The notes: a model not told the origin generated them from the letters alone. A stretch of 63,993 nt of DNA, filler included, from an uncultured bacterium (GCA_964471275.1; 3 parts of 3 records of this genome joined end to end with filler, not necessarily neighbours in it); one strand, 5' to 3'; positions 41,379-52,299 are shown, counted from the first letter of the whole stretch. Made by a program: numbers and translations.

Positions 41379-42572
41379 ATGCGCTTCATTACCACTAGGT
41401 TACACTCCAGACCGATCTTCAGGATTCTGATCTTTGCATCCTGTCTGGCTGCCGCGGCCGCCTGCGGCAAGGGCGAGACCGGTGATGGTGAGAAGAAGAC
41501 CGCGGATGCCGACTCGACGAAGGTCAAGAAAGACGGGGACAAAGAGAAGAAGAAGAAGGTCGACGAAGGCGTTCCCGTGAAGGTATCGGAAGTGGCGCTC
41601 GGGGCGATCTCTGACTATGTGCAGCATACCTCCACGATCGAGGCAGAAGAGGCAATCGACGTTTATGCGCAGGCCACCGGTCTTGTTGCCGTGGTGCTGG
41701 TTGAGGAGGGAGACCACGTCAAAGCCGGTCAGGTCTTGGTTCGACTTGTGGATGAGGTGTTGCGTCTCGGGGCAGACGAAGCCCGTGTCAATTTCCAGAA
41801 GCTCTCCAGCAGTTTCAAGCGATCTCAGGGATTGTTTGATCGGAACCTTCTGTCGCGCGAGGATTACGAGCAGCGGAAGTTCACGGTTGAGGAAGCCAAG
41901 ATCCGATGGGAGCGGTCAAAGCTTTCTCTGGACCACGCTTCGGTCCGGTCACCCGTGGACGGGGTCGTGGCCGAACGCAGCGTGAAGCTCGGTGATCGGA
42001 TTTCGCCTTCCAGCAAGCTCTACAGCCTGGTCGATCTGAAGAGTCTTATCGCCCAGGTCCACGTGCCGGGCCGTGATATGCGGTTTATCGCCAAAGGTCA
42101 GAATGCGGAGGTTACGACCGACTTCCTCCCCGGTGAGACCTTCCACGGCCACGTCGAACGGATCAGTCCGGTCGTAAACCCGGGAAGCGGGACTTTCAAA
42201 GTGACGCTCGAGTTGGACGATGCGGCCTCCCAGCTTCGACCAGGGATGTTCATCACCACCCACATCGTCACAGCGACACACCCGACGGCGGTACTTGTGC
42301 CGAAGAAAGCGATCGTCTATGACGATGGCTTCCCTCACGTCTTTGTCGTCGGGGACAGTCTTGCCACGCGTGTTCGTCTCGACGTCGGGTTTGAGGACAG
42401 CGACAATCTCGAGGTGCTGGACGGTGCCAAACAAGGCGACAGGATCGTCGTGGTCGGACAAAATGGGCTCAAGGATCAGGCGAAGGTTCGCGTCATCGAC
42501 GGTCCAGGTCTAAGGATTCCAGCCAAACCGGATTCGACCGTAGAAGCAGAGGAAAAGGAGCAGTCCTCCTGA
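41379..42572 (+). CDS. RND efflux periplasmic adaptor subunit
   Basis: Lipobox AAACG, VEEGDHVKAGQVL, VRSPVDGVV, LRPGMF. Confidence 0.9.
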   Translation: MRFITTRLHSRPIFRILIFASCLAAAAACGKGETGDGEKKTADADSTKVKKDGDKEKKKKVDEGVPVKVSEVALGAISDYVQHTSTIEAEEAIDVYAQATGLVAVVLVEEGDHVKAGQVLVRLVDEVLRLGADEARVNFQKLSSSFKRSQGLFDRNLLSREDYEQRKFTVEEAKIRWERSKLSLDHASVRSPVDGVVAERSVKLGDRISPSSKLYSLVDLKSLIAQVHVPGRDMRFIAKGQNAEVTTDFLPGETFHGHVERISPVVNPGSGTFKVTLELDDAASQLRPGMFITTHIVTATHPTAVLVPKKAIVYDDGFPHVFVVGDSLATRVRLDVGFEDSDNLEVLDGAKQGDRIVVVGQNGLKDQAKVRVIDGPGLRIPAKPDSTVEAEEKEQSS

Positions 42573-42687
42573 TTCCGCAACATCGCAGTCTTCCACGAAG
42601 GACACGGGGGTGCAACGCCGCTCACGTGCCCTTTCCTTTCGACCGAGGGGATGTCGATATACACGCCCTCGCTCAGGAGCTAAGCTG

Positions 42688-43100
42688 ATGTCGGATGGCA
42701 GTATGCCGACGGCAGAGCGCGTCGGCACCCAGGTCAAGCGTACCTTCGAGATTACGACGCGACGTCCGGTGGCCATTTCAATGGTCGTTCTTGCCATTGT
42801 TGTGTTCGGCTACGTCTCCTATCAGCAGCTTCCCCTGAACATGATGCCGGATATCTCGTATCCTACGCTGACGATCCGGACAGACTACCCGGATACCGCA
42901 CCCGAAGAAGTCGAAAATCTGATTTCGCGCCCGATCGAGCAGCGTCTCGGTGTCGTCAGCAATCTGGTCGGCATCACTTCAATCTCGAGAGCGGGAATAT
43001 CAGATGTAATTCTCGAGTTTGGCTGGGGCACGAACATGAACGATGCCGTTCAAACTGTTCGTGAAAACCTGGACAGGCTCCAGCTTCCCCGAGGCGTGAA
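42688..43100 (+). CDS. RND efflux permease (AcrB family), partial at contig end
   Basis: RRPVAISM...LPLNMMPDISYP...APEEVENLISRPIE. Confidence 0.9.
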
Positions 43101-43200
43101 NNNNNNNNNNNNNNNNNNNNNNNNNNNNNNNNNNNNNNNNNNNNTTAATTAATTAANNNNNNNNNNNNNNNNNNNNNNNNNNNNNNNNNNNNNNNNNNNN
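43101..43200. other. Artificial contig spacer
   Basis: N44-TTAATTAATTAA-N44. Confidence 0.97.
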
Positions 43201-43681
43201 AGAAGTTGATATACCAGGGAATAACCAGATCGACCAGAGCGTTGATCTGCTCTTCCTGTGTCAGCGTATAGACGGTCTCATCGAAGTACGCCCACGGCAT
43301 GATGTGGTGCTCACGGTAGAGATGGTCTCTCAGGCTGATCACAGTGTCGAACAGATCACGCACGAGGACGACAGGTATAATCCTGAACTGCTGGATGATC
43401 CCGAGTGTCGGGTGCGAAGCCCTCGTATGCTGGTGTGGTGTAAAGATGTCGACATCGGGATGCTGTATCAGCGTCCGGACATCGATCTCCTGTTCCCGAC
43501 GGTCGTAGCAGTCAAGTAGCGGCACACGTGGCCAGCCGAAAACGGATTCGAGCATCGCTCCCAACCAGGTCGACCCGCTCTTGGGAGCGGCGACGAGCCA
43601 CACGTGTTTACGCGATGGCGATACGCGCCGTGCAATTTCTTGATTTGTCATCAAGGGCCCTGCCAGTTCAGGTGTGGACAT
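43201..43681 (-). CDS. Sulfotransferase-like protein, 3' truncated
   Basis: PKSGSTWL 5'-PSB loop and VRDLFDTVISL 3'-PB motif. Confidence 0.75.
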
Positions 43682-43848
43682 ACCGTTGGCTGTCGGAAGT
43701 CTAGCAACACTTTCTGTTTGCAACAAGACTGGCACGGCTAACCTCGAGGTTTTGCCGGGCCGACCGGAAGAGACAGGGGTGGGTTAGTCCCACTCCGATC
43801 GGCCGACAGTCCCGATGGGGCTCGGGATATCCTGTGTTCACATTGTCT

Positions 43849-44394
43849 TCAGACGACTTGATTCAGCACCGTCCTGCCGTTCGACTTCGATACCTTCCCA
43901 GATTGCGCATACACGCCTGTCTCCGGTCCGTCACCCGTCAGGATCTGCAGATTCTTGTCGACATACTTCATTGACTGCTTGATCAGTAGTGCATTGTGCC
44001 GATTCGCTATCTGGATCTTCTCGTGCATCGCGATCAGGGTGTCGCGCATCTCGCTCAATCGCTGCGAATGCGGGCCCTGGATGCGATCGATCAGTCTCTT
44101 GAGTGTCAGATCAGATGCCGTCTCTCCCAGCTCTCGAGACAGGTCGGCCACAAGCCGTGTCCGCGCACGTTCGAGTGCCCCGGCGTTCACGGAAAGCTCT
44201 CTCTGGTCTTCGACAGCCGTTTCGATCTCCACGACTTCCTGAGACACCAACGCCTTCTGCTCCCGATCCATCGAGTCCAGAAGCGCCTGAAACGTGTCGA
44301 CTTCTTTCTGTACGATCTCAATGAGTTGAAGCATCGTCGAATCCACGTTGGCTGGCTCCATCTCCCCCCGTGGTGATTGGAATTGTGGCTCCAC
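43849..44394 (-). CDS. flgN: Flagellar chaperone FlgN
   Basis: Coiled coil, N..N..LI...L...Y...G motif, position after flgJ. Confidence 0.8.
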   Translation of the reverse strand: MEPQFQSPRGEMEPANVDSTMLQLIEIVQKEVDTFQALLDSMDREQKALVSQEVVEIETAVEDQRELSVNAGALERARTRLVADLSRELGETASDLTLKRLIDRIQGPHSQRLSEMRDTLIAMHEKIQIANRHNALLIKQSMKYVDKNLQILTGDGPETGVYAQSGKVSKSNGRTVLNQVV

Positions 44395-44930
44395 TAGAGA
44401 TCACCTCCTTGAGCTGACGCGACGGCTGCCTGGTTCACAGCCTTGATCTCGGACACGAGATCACGCATCTTCTGTTCGATCACGCCCTGAACCATGGTGG
44501 CCGACTGTGTTGATTCGACCGGCATCAGTCCATCGGGTTTGATGCCCGCGTTCCGACTCATCTGCTCGTAGATCACGTCGGCGAGCCCCGTCGAGTTCGA
44601 ATTCGCCATCACTTTGGCGTACTCCTCGTCGAGCATCCCGGTGAACATTTCCTCACCGAGCCCGCCGTTCATCAAACCCTCTTCCTTGTGGATCGAGTTC
44701 CTGACCTGTTTGAGCATCTGGAACAGAAACACGGACTCGAACTCCTTTGCCGCCTCCCGAATCTGCTCATCCTGGGGCTTGGCGCTTTCGGATGACGTCA
44801 GTCGTCCGGACCTCGTGTCGACGATATCGAGCGCCTGCTTCTCTGGTCTCAGCTGCGAGGTCAACAGATTGCTCTTGGGCTTCCCCAAGGCCATTTCCCA
44901 GGCGTCTGTTCCGGGTATGTTCATGTCCAT
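44394..44930 (-). CDS. flgJ: Flagellar rod-binding protein (short FlgJ)
   Basis: EAAKEFESVFLFQMLK...MFTGMLDEEYA...GLADVIYEQM. Confidence 0.85.
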   Translation of the reverse strand: MDMNIPGTDAWEMALGKPKSNLLTSQLRPEKQALDIVDTRSGRLTSSESAKPQDEQIREAAKEFESVFLFQMLKQVRNSIHKEEGLMNGGLGEEMFTGMLDEEYAKVMANSNSTGLADVIYEQMSRNAGIKPDGLMPVESTQSATMVQGVIEQKMRDLVSEIKAVNQAAVASAQGGDL

Positions 44931-45024
44931 AGTGTGTCATCCTGAGCCGCGGACAGAGAATCCTTGCGAGTTCTCCATCTTCAGGTCTCCGTTTGCCGAT
45001 CACGCAATGTGACCGGTATTGCTC

Positions 45025-46173
45025 CTAGATGATGATCAACTCAGACTTCAGTGCGCCGGCTCTCTTGAGCGCTTGGAAAATCGCGATGATGTCTCTCGGT
45101 GTTACCTTCAATGCATTGAGCGCTTTGGCGACATCGCTCACGTTGGATGCCGGGGGTAGCGCCAGTACACGCGGTTTCTCTTCGTCGACCTCCACGGCGC
45201 CGCCCAATTGCAGCTGTGCTTGTGGGCCACCTGGCGCACCGGCCTCTGCTGTAATCTCGGGGCCGATCGAAATACTCAGGCTCCCGTGTGCGATCGCAAC
45301 TTCCGCGATCATGACGTTCTCTCCGGCGACGATCGTACCTGTCCGTTCATTGACGACAACGCGCGCGTTCAGGTCGGGAACCACCATCACAACCTCGAGC
45401 TTCGCGATGAACTCGATAAAGTCACCCGGCCCCTGGCTGTCTCGAGGAACAAGCACGTTGACTGTCCCCGCATCGAGCGCTGAGGCGATCGGTCGACCAA
45501 AACGACCGTCAATCGCGTGCGCAAGTCTTGCGGCTGTCGTGTAGTCGGGATCGCGAATCGTAACCGTCAGTGATGTTGAGAGTCCACCTGCCGGCGCCAG
45601 CTCCTGCTGAATGATTGCACCGTTCGGGATGCGGCCGACAACCGGATGATTTTTCGATATCGTCGCTCCGCCGCCACCCGCCGCATTGAATCCACCGATT
45701 GAGACGGGCCCCTGCGCAATCGCCACAACCGGTCCGTTCGGCGGGTCGGCCTGCAGCGGCGTCATCAGGAGAATGCCTCCTTGGAGGCTTGCCGCATCAC
45801 CCAACGACGATACGGTCACATCGATCGTTGACCCCGCTCGGCTTGTCGGCGAAAGCCGGGCCGTAACCATCACGGAGGCCGCGTTCTTCGCACGGATCGT
45901 CTGCGGGTCAACCTCGACTCCCATGTTTCGCATCAGGTTGGCGAGGCTCTGCACCGTAAATGGTGCACCTCGCCCATCGCCATCACCCTCAAGGCCCGTG
46001 ATCAGGCCATATCCGATCAGCTGCATGTCCTGGACTGTCTGGATTTCACCGATGTCCTTGAGACGGACCGACTGGGGCTCGGAGTCGGGCATGAACTGCG
46101 CTTCGATGCCTTTCCAGAAGAGCACCGAAGCGGCAGTCAATGCGAATGCGAGTGTGCGGTAGGTTGTCTTCAC
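45025..46173 (-). CDS. flgI: Flagellar P-ring protein
   Basis: RLKDI, LIGYGL..GL.G.GD, DVTVSSLGDA.SLQGG, VNERTGTIV, I.Q.LK.AGAL. Confidence 0.95.
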   Translation of the reverse strand: MKTTYRTLAFALTAASVLFWKGIEAQFMPDSEPQSVRLKDIGEIQTVQDMQLIGYGLITGLEGDGDGRGAPFTVQSLANLMRNMGVEVDPQTIRAKNAASVMVTARLSPTSRAGSTIDVTVSSLGDAASLQGGILLMTPLQADPPNGPVVAIAQGPVSIGGFNAAGGGGATISKNHPVVGRIPNGAIIQQELAPAGGLSTSLTVTIRDPDYTTAARLAHAIDGRFGRPIASALDAGTVNVLVPRDSQGPGDFIEFIAKLEVVMVVPDLNARVVVNERTGTIVAGENVMIAEVAIAHGSLSISIGPEITAEAGAPGGPQAQLQLGGAVEVDEEKPRVLALPPASNVSDVAKALNALKVTPRDIIAIFQALKRAGALKSELIII

Positions 46174-46262
46174 GATCTTCCCATCATGAATTGCATCGTC
46201 AGGGACCCCACGACCTTCTCGGGCGCTCGTTTCGGGAGTCATCGGTATCTATCTGTCTTGTG

Positions 46263-46847
46263 CTAGAAAATCCAGTTAACAAAACGGATCAGGAAACCTG
46301 GTCTCGCACCTTCAGTCAAAACACCCTTGCCCTTGTAGGACACCTGCAGGTTTGCGACGCGAAATGACTCGATCACATTTGTGACAGGAATTACGAAGGG
46401 GTTGATCGATCCCGTGATATAGATGACTTCGCTCTCACCGTTGATATCGATCACACGGCTGCCTTCGAGGACCAGATCTCCGTTGGGTCGCACATCAACA
46501 ACGTGAACCGAAACGCGCGCCTGTATCGACTGGCTTCGCTGCGTTGTCCCCTCACCCTTGAATTCGTTTGTCGCATCACCTGACAGGCTGAAACCGGGCA
46601 ACTTCAGACCCCCGGGTCCCGTCCAATTGAGTGCCGCCTCCTTCTGCGTGTCGATCGCGGAACTGTTCGATGCAGAAGTCGACTCGGTCACGAGAATGGT
46701 CAGGATGTCGCCGATCTTGCGCGCTCTGGGTGCCCGTCGATCCTCGAACATCGAACTATTTTCAGACCCGCCTCGCCCAAAGAGGCTTTGGCCGGAGACA
46801 GGGGCAATCGTGAGCAGCATCAGAAATGTTGCGGTCAGTGTTTTCAT
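46263..46847 (-). CDS. flgH: Flagellar L-ring protein
   Basis: GDILTILVTE, V.DV.PNG.L..EG, Y.GKG; located between flgA and flgI. Confidence 0.9.
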   Translation of the reverse strand: MKTLTATFLMLLTIAPVSGQSLFGRGGSENSSMFEDRRAPRARKIGDILTILVTESTSASNSSAIDTQKEAALNWTGPGGLKLPGFSLSGDATNEFKGEGTTQRSQSIQARVSVHVVDVRPNGDLVLEGSRVIDINGESEVIYITGSINPFVIPVTNVIESFRVANLQVSYKGKGVLTEGARPGFLIRFVNWIF

Positions 46848-46863
46848 TGTCTCTCGATCCTTC

Positions 46864-47586
46864 CTAGAAGGCAACTCGGACACGACCGGTCTCAACAACC
46901 TCGGCCAGCAGCTTCTCTCTGGATGACGTGTTCTGGACGACGATCTTCTCGCCGATCACGCCGTTTTGCGAAGCGACACCGTCAGCACTCGCCCGGATCC
47001 CGCGGACCCGGACCTCGATCAACACTCGATCGCCGCGATTGATATCCGGAATCGTCTCGACAAAGCGAGGATCGATGTGGCGGCCAAAGGGTATCCGCAT
47101 CTTGGCGCGTTTCCCGTTCAACTCCAGCGGATCGCTTACGTATCGACCCAGGATGGTCGTCACCGGGCGACGTTCTACGGAGAGAGCTTCTGCTGCGAGC
47201 GATTCACCCCGCTGAATCGGCCGCGAAGCGACCAGGATGTTGTCGTAGTACTTGACGTTCGCCACCATCGGGAAAGTCTCGATGACGACCGGTCCGCGAC
47301 TGACTTCCAGAAGAACAGGGATCATTCGGCCATTGCTGCGCCGGGACGAGGAGATGACGTTGAGGCTGACGGGACCCGTACCGCTGATCGATATGAGTCC
47401 TCGACGGCGAACATCCACCTCGACTTCCCCCTCGAACTCTGCGAGCATTTCCGACACATATGTCTCTACCGCAGTGTGAACGTCCTGCTCGGAAATCGTC
47501 ACATCGGCGGTCCCTTCACCTACCGTGAGAAGACCACCCCACACAACCATCAACAGCGTGTATCCGAGCGTGCATCGCATTGTCAT
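46864..47586 (-). CDS. flgA: Flagellar P-ring formation chaperone
   Basis: SAF domain, RGD.V, G.A.QNG..GE.I.V.N.SS. Confidence 0.9.
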   Translation of the reverse strand: MTMRCTLGYTLLMVVWGGLLTVGEGTADVTISEQDVHTAVETYVSEMLAEFEGEVEVDVRRRGLISISGTGPVSLNVISSSRRSNGRMIPVLLEVSRGPVVIETFPMVANVKYYDNILVASRPIQRGESLAAEALSVERRPVTTILGRYVSDPLELNGKRAKMRIPFGRHIDPRFVETIPDINRGDRVLIEVRVRGIRASADGVASQNGVIGEKIVVQNTSSREKLLAEVVETGRVRVAF

Positions 47587-47671
47587 CCTCTTCCTTGTAT
47601 GCCCTCGTTTGTGTCGAATCAGGACCCGGAAGGTCCCCCTATGCCGTGTTGATACCTAGCGTGTCGCCTGC

Positions 47672-48475
47672 CTACCCGGCAATATTGTTCGTAGCCTGCA
47701 TCATCTCGTCGGAGGATCGGACGGCTCGTGCGTTCACCTCATACGTGCGCTGGGCCATGATCATGTTCACCAGCTCATCAACGACGCTCACGTTTGAAAG
47801 CTCGAGGAAGCCCTGTGAGACTCGTCCAAAGCCTTCCGTGTTCGGCTGACCGGTGATCGCGGCACCTGATGCTTCTGTTTCGAGATACAGGTTGCGGCCA
47901 ATGCTGCGTAGACCCGCAGGATTAATGAATTTTGCGAGTTCAAGGGTGCCGACATTGGTTGCCGCCGTTGCACCCGCCTGGAGAACCTCAACATTACCGT
48001 CAGCAGAGACGTTGACACTTACCGCATCCCCCGAGATGTTGATTGGCGGGTCGAGCGCAAAACCATCGGACGTAACAACCTGCCCCTCGGAGGACAGTTT
48101 GAAGGCGCCGTCACGCGTGAAGGCCGTCGATCCATCTGGTAGCGTAATCTGGAAGAAGCCATCTCCGTTGATGCCCTCATTCTCGATTGCGATATCGAGC
48201 GGGTTGTTCGTCGCCGTCACCTGCCCCTGATCGAAGCTTCTATTTGTGGCCACGACGCGTGTTCCGTATCCAATCTGGATCTCGACCGGAACCAGCGCGC
48301 CCTGTGCGGCAGAGGTTCCGGCGGTCCGGATCGACTGATACAGCAGATCCTGAAACTCGGCCTTGCTCTTCTTGAACCCCGTCGTGTTCACGTTCGCCAG
48401 GTTGTTCGAGATGTTATCGATATTCAGCTGTTGGGCGACCATTCCGGTCGCTGCGGTACGGAGTGCTCTGGACAC
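47672..48475 (-). CDS. flgG: Flagellar distal rod protein
   Basis: ISNNLANVNTTGFKK, FQDLLYQ, TRDGAF, LELSNV..V.E...MI.AQR.YE. Confidence 0.95.
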   Translation of the reverse strand: MSRALRTAATGMVAQQLNIDNISNNLANVNTTGFKKSKAEFQDLLYQSIRTAGTSAAQGALVPVEIQIGYGTRVVATNRSFDQGQVTATNNPLDIAIENEGINGDGFFQITLPDGSTAFTRDGAFKLSSEGQVVTSDGFALDPPINISGDAVSVNVSADGNVEVLQAGATAATNVGTLELAKFINPAGLRSIGRNLYLETEASGAAITGQPNTEGFGRVSQGFLELSNVSVVDELVNMIMAQRTYEVNARAVRSSDEMMQATNNIAG

Positions 48476-48537
48476 AGGATTACCTCCTGCCTAGGGGGGA
48501 GTAGGCTGTGGGATGGACTTTCGTTTCTTTGGTCTGC

Positions 48538-49308
48538 TTAGACACGGATGCTACCAACATCGTTGACTGCGCGTCCGAGCGTCTCGCTCTGGATGCGGAT
48601 CGCGCGCTGGTCAGCCTCAAAGGCCCGGAAGACCTCGAGCATATCGACCATTTCCGTAATGGGGTTGATGTTCGATTCCTCCAGGAATCCCTGCATCACC
48701 TTTGTGTCGCTTCCCTTTGTGACGCGGTTGACGCCCGGCTTGGGATAGAAAAACCCGTTCGGTTTGCGTTCGAGCCGCGTCACACCGTCCGGATCCTGGT
48801 AGAGCCCTTCTGCATCTTTCTCAAAATCGTGGATAGCCAGCGTCGCCCTGGCGACACCATCTTCCGTGATCTCACCTTCTTCGTTCACGACAAAATTCGA
48901 TCCGGAGAGCGTGATCCGACCACCCCGGTCATCGAGAACAGGCATCCCCAGGTTCGTAACAAGTGTGCCGTCAGACTGAACCGAGAACTCGCCGTTCCGG
49001 GTGTAGACATCGCCCTGTGGCGTCCGGACCTGGAAGAAGCCGGATCCGTGGATCGCCAGGTGACGTGTACTGTTTGTCTGGCGCATATTGCCTTGCTCGA
49101 AGTCGATAAAGGCGCCGGCAACACGATCTTCACGCCAGACCGGATATCCACCCGAGCCCTTTCGCCGGGCTTCGCCCATTTCTCGCAAGAACAGACCGTC
49201 TCGTTTGAAGCCGGTTACCTCGGAGTTCGCGATATTGTTCGCGATCACGTCCTGCTTCGTCGAGCGGTTCAGCATGCTGATGCCTGAATCCTGAAGTCCT
49301 TGAATCAT
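48538..49308 (-). CDS. flgF: Flagellar basal-body rod protein FlgF
   Basis: IANNIAN...GFK, YTRNGEF, LEESNINP..EM; directly upstream of flgG. Confidence 0.85.
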   Translation of the reverse strand: MIQGLQDSGISMLNRSTKQDVIANNIANSEVTGFKRDGLFLREMGEARRKGSGGYPVWREDRVAGAFIDFEQGNMRQTNSTRHLAIHGSGFFQVRTPQGDVYTRNGEFSVQSDGTLVTNLGMPVLDDRGGRITLSGSNFVVNEEGEITEDGVARATLAIHDFEKDAEGLYQDPDGVTRLERKPNGFFYPKPGVNRVTKGSDTKVMQGFLEESNINPITEMVDMLEVFRAFEADQRAIRIQSETLGRAVNDVGSIRV

Positions 49309-49394
49309 CTTTCGTCCATTCAGATGGCGTGGGTCGCGAAGACTCGAGTCCACACGACCTCGGTTCGATGAAATGATCAGTCGCATACTGCTTG

Positions 49395-49410
49395 AGCAAG
49401 GCCTATGCCA
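49395..49410 (-). promoter_or_regulatory. Sigma54 (-24/-12) promoter of the flg operon
   Basis: Minus strand TGGCAT-AGGCC-TTGCT with exact GG-N10-GC spacing, 87 bp upstream of flgF. Confidence 0.8.
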
Positions 49411-49639
49411 CGTTCTCTCCCCACCCCCGCCACTTACTCATGTGATTGTTTTACATATGTTTACAGTATTATCCAGATAGCCGAACGATCTTCAAAGGAG
49501 GATATCTTGACCTCGAAGCGAAGGAATATTCTTCACACGCAGGAACAACAATGCGGGGTGCACGCCGCGTGATTATCCGTTGATCACCCAGGCAATCAGC
49601 GCTATTTTCGACGCCGTTCGTGCGCAATGAGGTAGGAAC

Positions 49640-49744
49640 GTCATCCTAAACCGAAGGTGAAGGGCTCCTTCCAGATCTGGACTATCGCCTCAGGGCTTTG
49701 TCGGCCCAGAACCGGGAGAGATCCTTCGCTGCGCTCAGGATGAC
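49640..49744. repeat. REP-like inverted pair
   Basis: GTCATCCTAAACCGAAGGTGAAGGGCTC ... GAGATCCTTCGCTGCGCTCAGGATGAC. Confidence 0.6.
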
Positions 49745-49763
49745 CCGCCAGAAAAGGGACAAC

Positions 49764-50945
49764 GTGAAAGTCACCGACATCGAAACATTTATCGTCAGCG
49801 CCGGCTGGCGTCCCTGGATCTTCGTCAAAGTCAGTACCGACGATGGGATCACGGGCTGGGGAGAGTGCAGTGATGGCCGCAGCCCCAAAGGCGTGTGTGG
49901 CACGATTCACGACCTCAAGGCGCACGTGATCGGGAAGGACCCGCGTCCCTACGAAATGCGTTTCTGGGATATGCTCCGTGGATCGAGACAGAGTCCAAGC
50001 GGCATCGCAGCCAAGTCTATCGCGGGAATCGAGCTCGCCCTGATCGATATCAAGGCCAAGGCTCTGGATATCTCGGTCACCGAGCTGTTCGGTGGGCCGA
50101 CTCGGGAGGACGTCCGTCTTTATTGGTCGCACTGCGGCACCTCACGCGTTTCCCACGGCCAGCATCTCGAGACACCACCCATCCGATCGATGGATGAGGT
50201 CGCAGCACTTGGAAGGGAAGTCGTCGACCGTGGCTTCACCGCACTCAAGACAAACATCCTGCAGCCCGGTGAAGCCACAGCCCATTTCGGCGGGTTCGGG
50301 GGACCTCCAGGCTCCACTGACGGCGTGGTTACACGTCAGATGCTTCGTCATATCGAAGCCCTGATCGGCACCTTCCGAGATGCAGTCGGCCCCGACGTGG
50401 ATATAAACCTCGATCTGAATTTCAATTTCAAACCCGAATCGTGCATCCGAATCGCCAATGTCCTCGAGCAGTTCGACCTGCTCTGGCTCGAAATCGATAT
50501 GTATGAACACGAAGCGACCCGGCAGATCAAGGACTCCACATCGACCAAGATCTGCACAGGCGAGAATCTCTATTATATGAGAGAGTATCTCCCCTACTTC
50601 GAGTGCCGCGCTGCGGATGTGTTTATGATCGACGTTCCCTGGAATGGGTTTTCACAATCGAAGAAGGTTGGCGACCTGGCCGAGGTCTATCAACTGAACG
50701 TCGCGCCACACAACTACTACAGCCATCTCTCGACCTTCATCAGCGCCAGCCTCTGCGGAACGCTTTCGAACGTGCGAATACAGGAAATTGATATCGATGA
50801 CGTGGCGTGGAAGGATGAGCTGGTGACCGTGCAGCCGGAGATCAACGCGGGCCGATTGGCGATTCCTACAGGCCCGGGATGGGGAACGGAGTTGAACGAG
50901 GAGGTGATTGCTGCCCATCCGTGGGAAGGAAGTTCGAATTGGTAG
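49764..50945 (+). CDS. Mandelate racemase/muconate lactonizing enzyme family dehydratase
   Basis: TDDGITGWGE, ALIDIKAK, GFTALK, TGENL, APHN, PTGPGWG. Confidence 0.9.
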   Translation: MKVTDIETFIVSAGWRPWIFVKVSTDDGITGWGECSDGRSPKGVCGTIHDLKAHVIGKDPRPYEMRFWDMLRGSRQSPSGIAAKSIAGIELALIDIKAKALDISVTELFGGPTREDVRLYWSHCGTSRVSHGQHLETPPIRSMDEVAALGREVVDRGFTALKTNILQPGEATAHFGGFGGPPGSTDGVVTRQMLRHIEALIGTFRDAVGPDVDINLDLNFNFKPESCIRIANVLEQFDLLWLEIDMYEHEATRQIKDSTSTKICTGENLYYMREYLPYFECRAADVFMIDVPWNGFSQSKKVGDLAEVYQLNVAPHNYYSHLSTFISASLCGTLSNVRIQEIDIDDVAWKDELVTVQPEINAGRLAIPTGPGWGTELNEEVIAAHPWEGSSNW

Positions 50946-51125
50946 GAAGGCAGGGATCGGTGAGGTAGGGCGAGGCCGCCGATCCTGAGTAACCTGCTAC
51001 TGCAATCATATCCAAGTTTTATGAGCACGATCCGGGAGGCACGAGCGTATCATAGGAAGCACGGTCGGTGGAATCCGCGAATCGGATGCGAGCATCTGGG
51101 TACACGCAGGAGGAAGCTGCATAGC

Positions 51126-52299
51126 ATGATTGATATACCCGTAAGAGCNNNNNNNNNNCATCACGTCCGGGCCCAACTTCCACTGGTTCGGCTACTACGA
51201 CAAACTGCAATTCGACCCGGAAAACCGGTTTGTCCTGAGTATGGAAGCCGGCTTCGAAGGCCGCCAACCGGAGAGAACCGATGAGATATCGATTGGGATG
51301 ATCGACGTTGAAGATGGTGACACTTGGACGAGAATCGGATCGACGACCGCCTGGTGCTGGCAGCAGGGATGTATGCTGCAGTGGATCCCTCAGTCGAAGG
51401 ACGAAGTCATCTGGAACGAGCGTGATGGTGAGCGATATGTCTCGCGTATCCTGAATGTTCAGTCGGGCGACAGCCATACTCTGGAGATGCCGATCTACAC
51501 GATAGCCCCGGACGGGAAGTCAGCGATCGGAACGGATTTCAGACGAATCAACCACATGCGCCCCGGATATGGTTATGCAGGGATCCCAGACCCCAACTTC
51601 AACCGACTGGCTCCCGAGAATGTCGGCATCTATACCGTTGACCTGACGAGTGGAGAATCCAGGCAGGTCATCTCCATCGCCGAGGTCGCCGCTCTCCCCT
51701 ACAGGCACGATGATCTGAGCGAGGCCAAGCATTACTTTAACCACCTCCTATACAACACTGACGGATCACGATTCATCTTCCTCCATCGCTGGAGGTTCGG
51801 TGACCGTAGCTACAACACACGGATGATGACCGCAAACGCAGATGGTTCGGGTCTGCACGTTGTGGATGACTACGGCAAGATGTCGCATTTTATCTGGCGT
51901 GATCCGGAGACGATCACGGCGTGGTCGTGGCAGCCGTCCCACGAAGGAGCGTTCTACGTTTACAAAGATCGGACGGACGAGGTCCGTGTCATCGCCAAAA
52001 AGAAGATGACGCTCAACGGGCACAACACATACCTGACCGATACCAACTGGATCCTGAATGATTGCTACCCGCAGGGCGACCGACGTAATCAGACTCTGTA
52101 TCTGTATCACGTGCCCACGGATAGACGGATCGAATTGGGAAATTTCGATTCCCCCCCGGAATACACGGGAGAGCTGCGATGCGATCTGCATCCGAGATCG
52201 AGCCGCGATGGGAAACTTCTGACAATCGATTCGACGCACGGTGGAAATGGCCGGCAGATCTACCTGGTTGATGTGAGTGAGGTGATAGGGAGGAACTGA
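51126..52299 (+). CDS. Beta-propeller protein (oligogalacturonate lyase/TolB-like), spans the 10-N gap
   Basis: HWFGYYDK, AWCWQQGCMLQW, RPGYGY, HYFNH, RCDLHPR, IDSTH. Confidence 0.65.
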
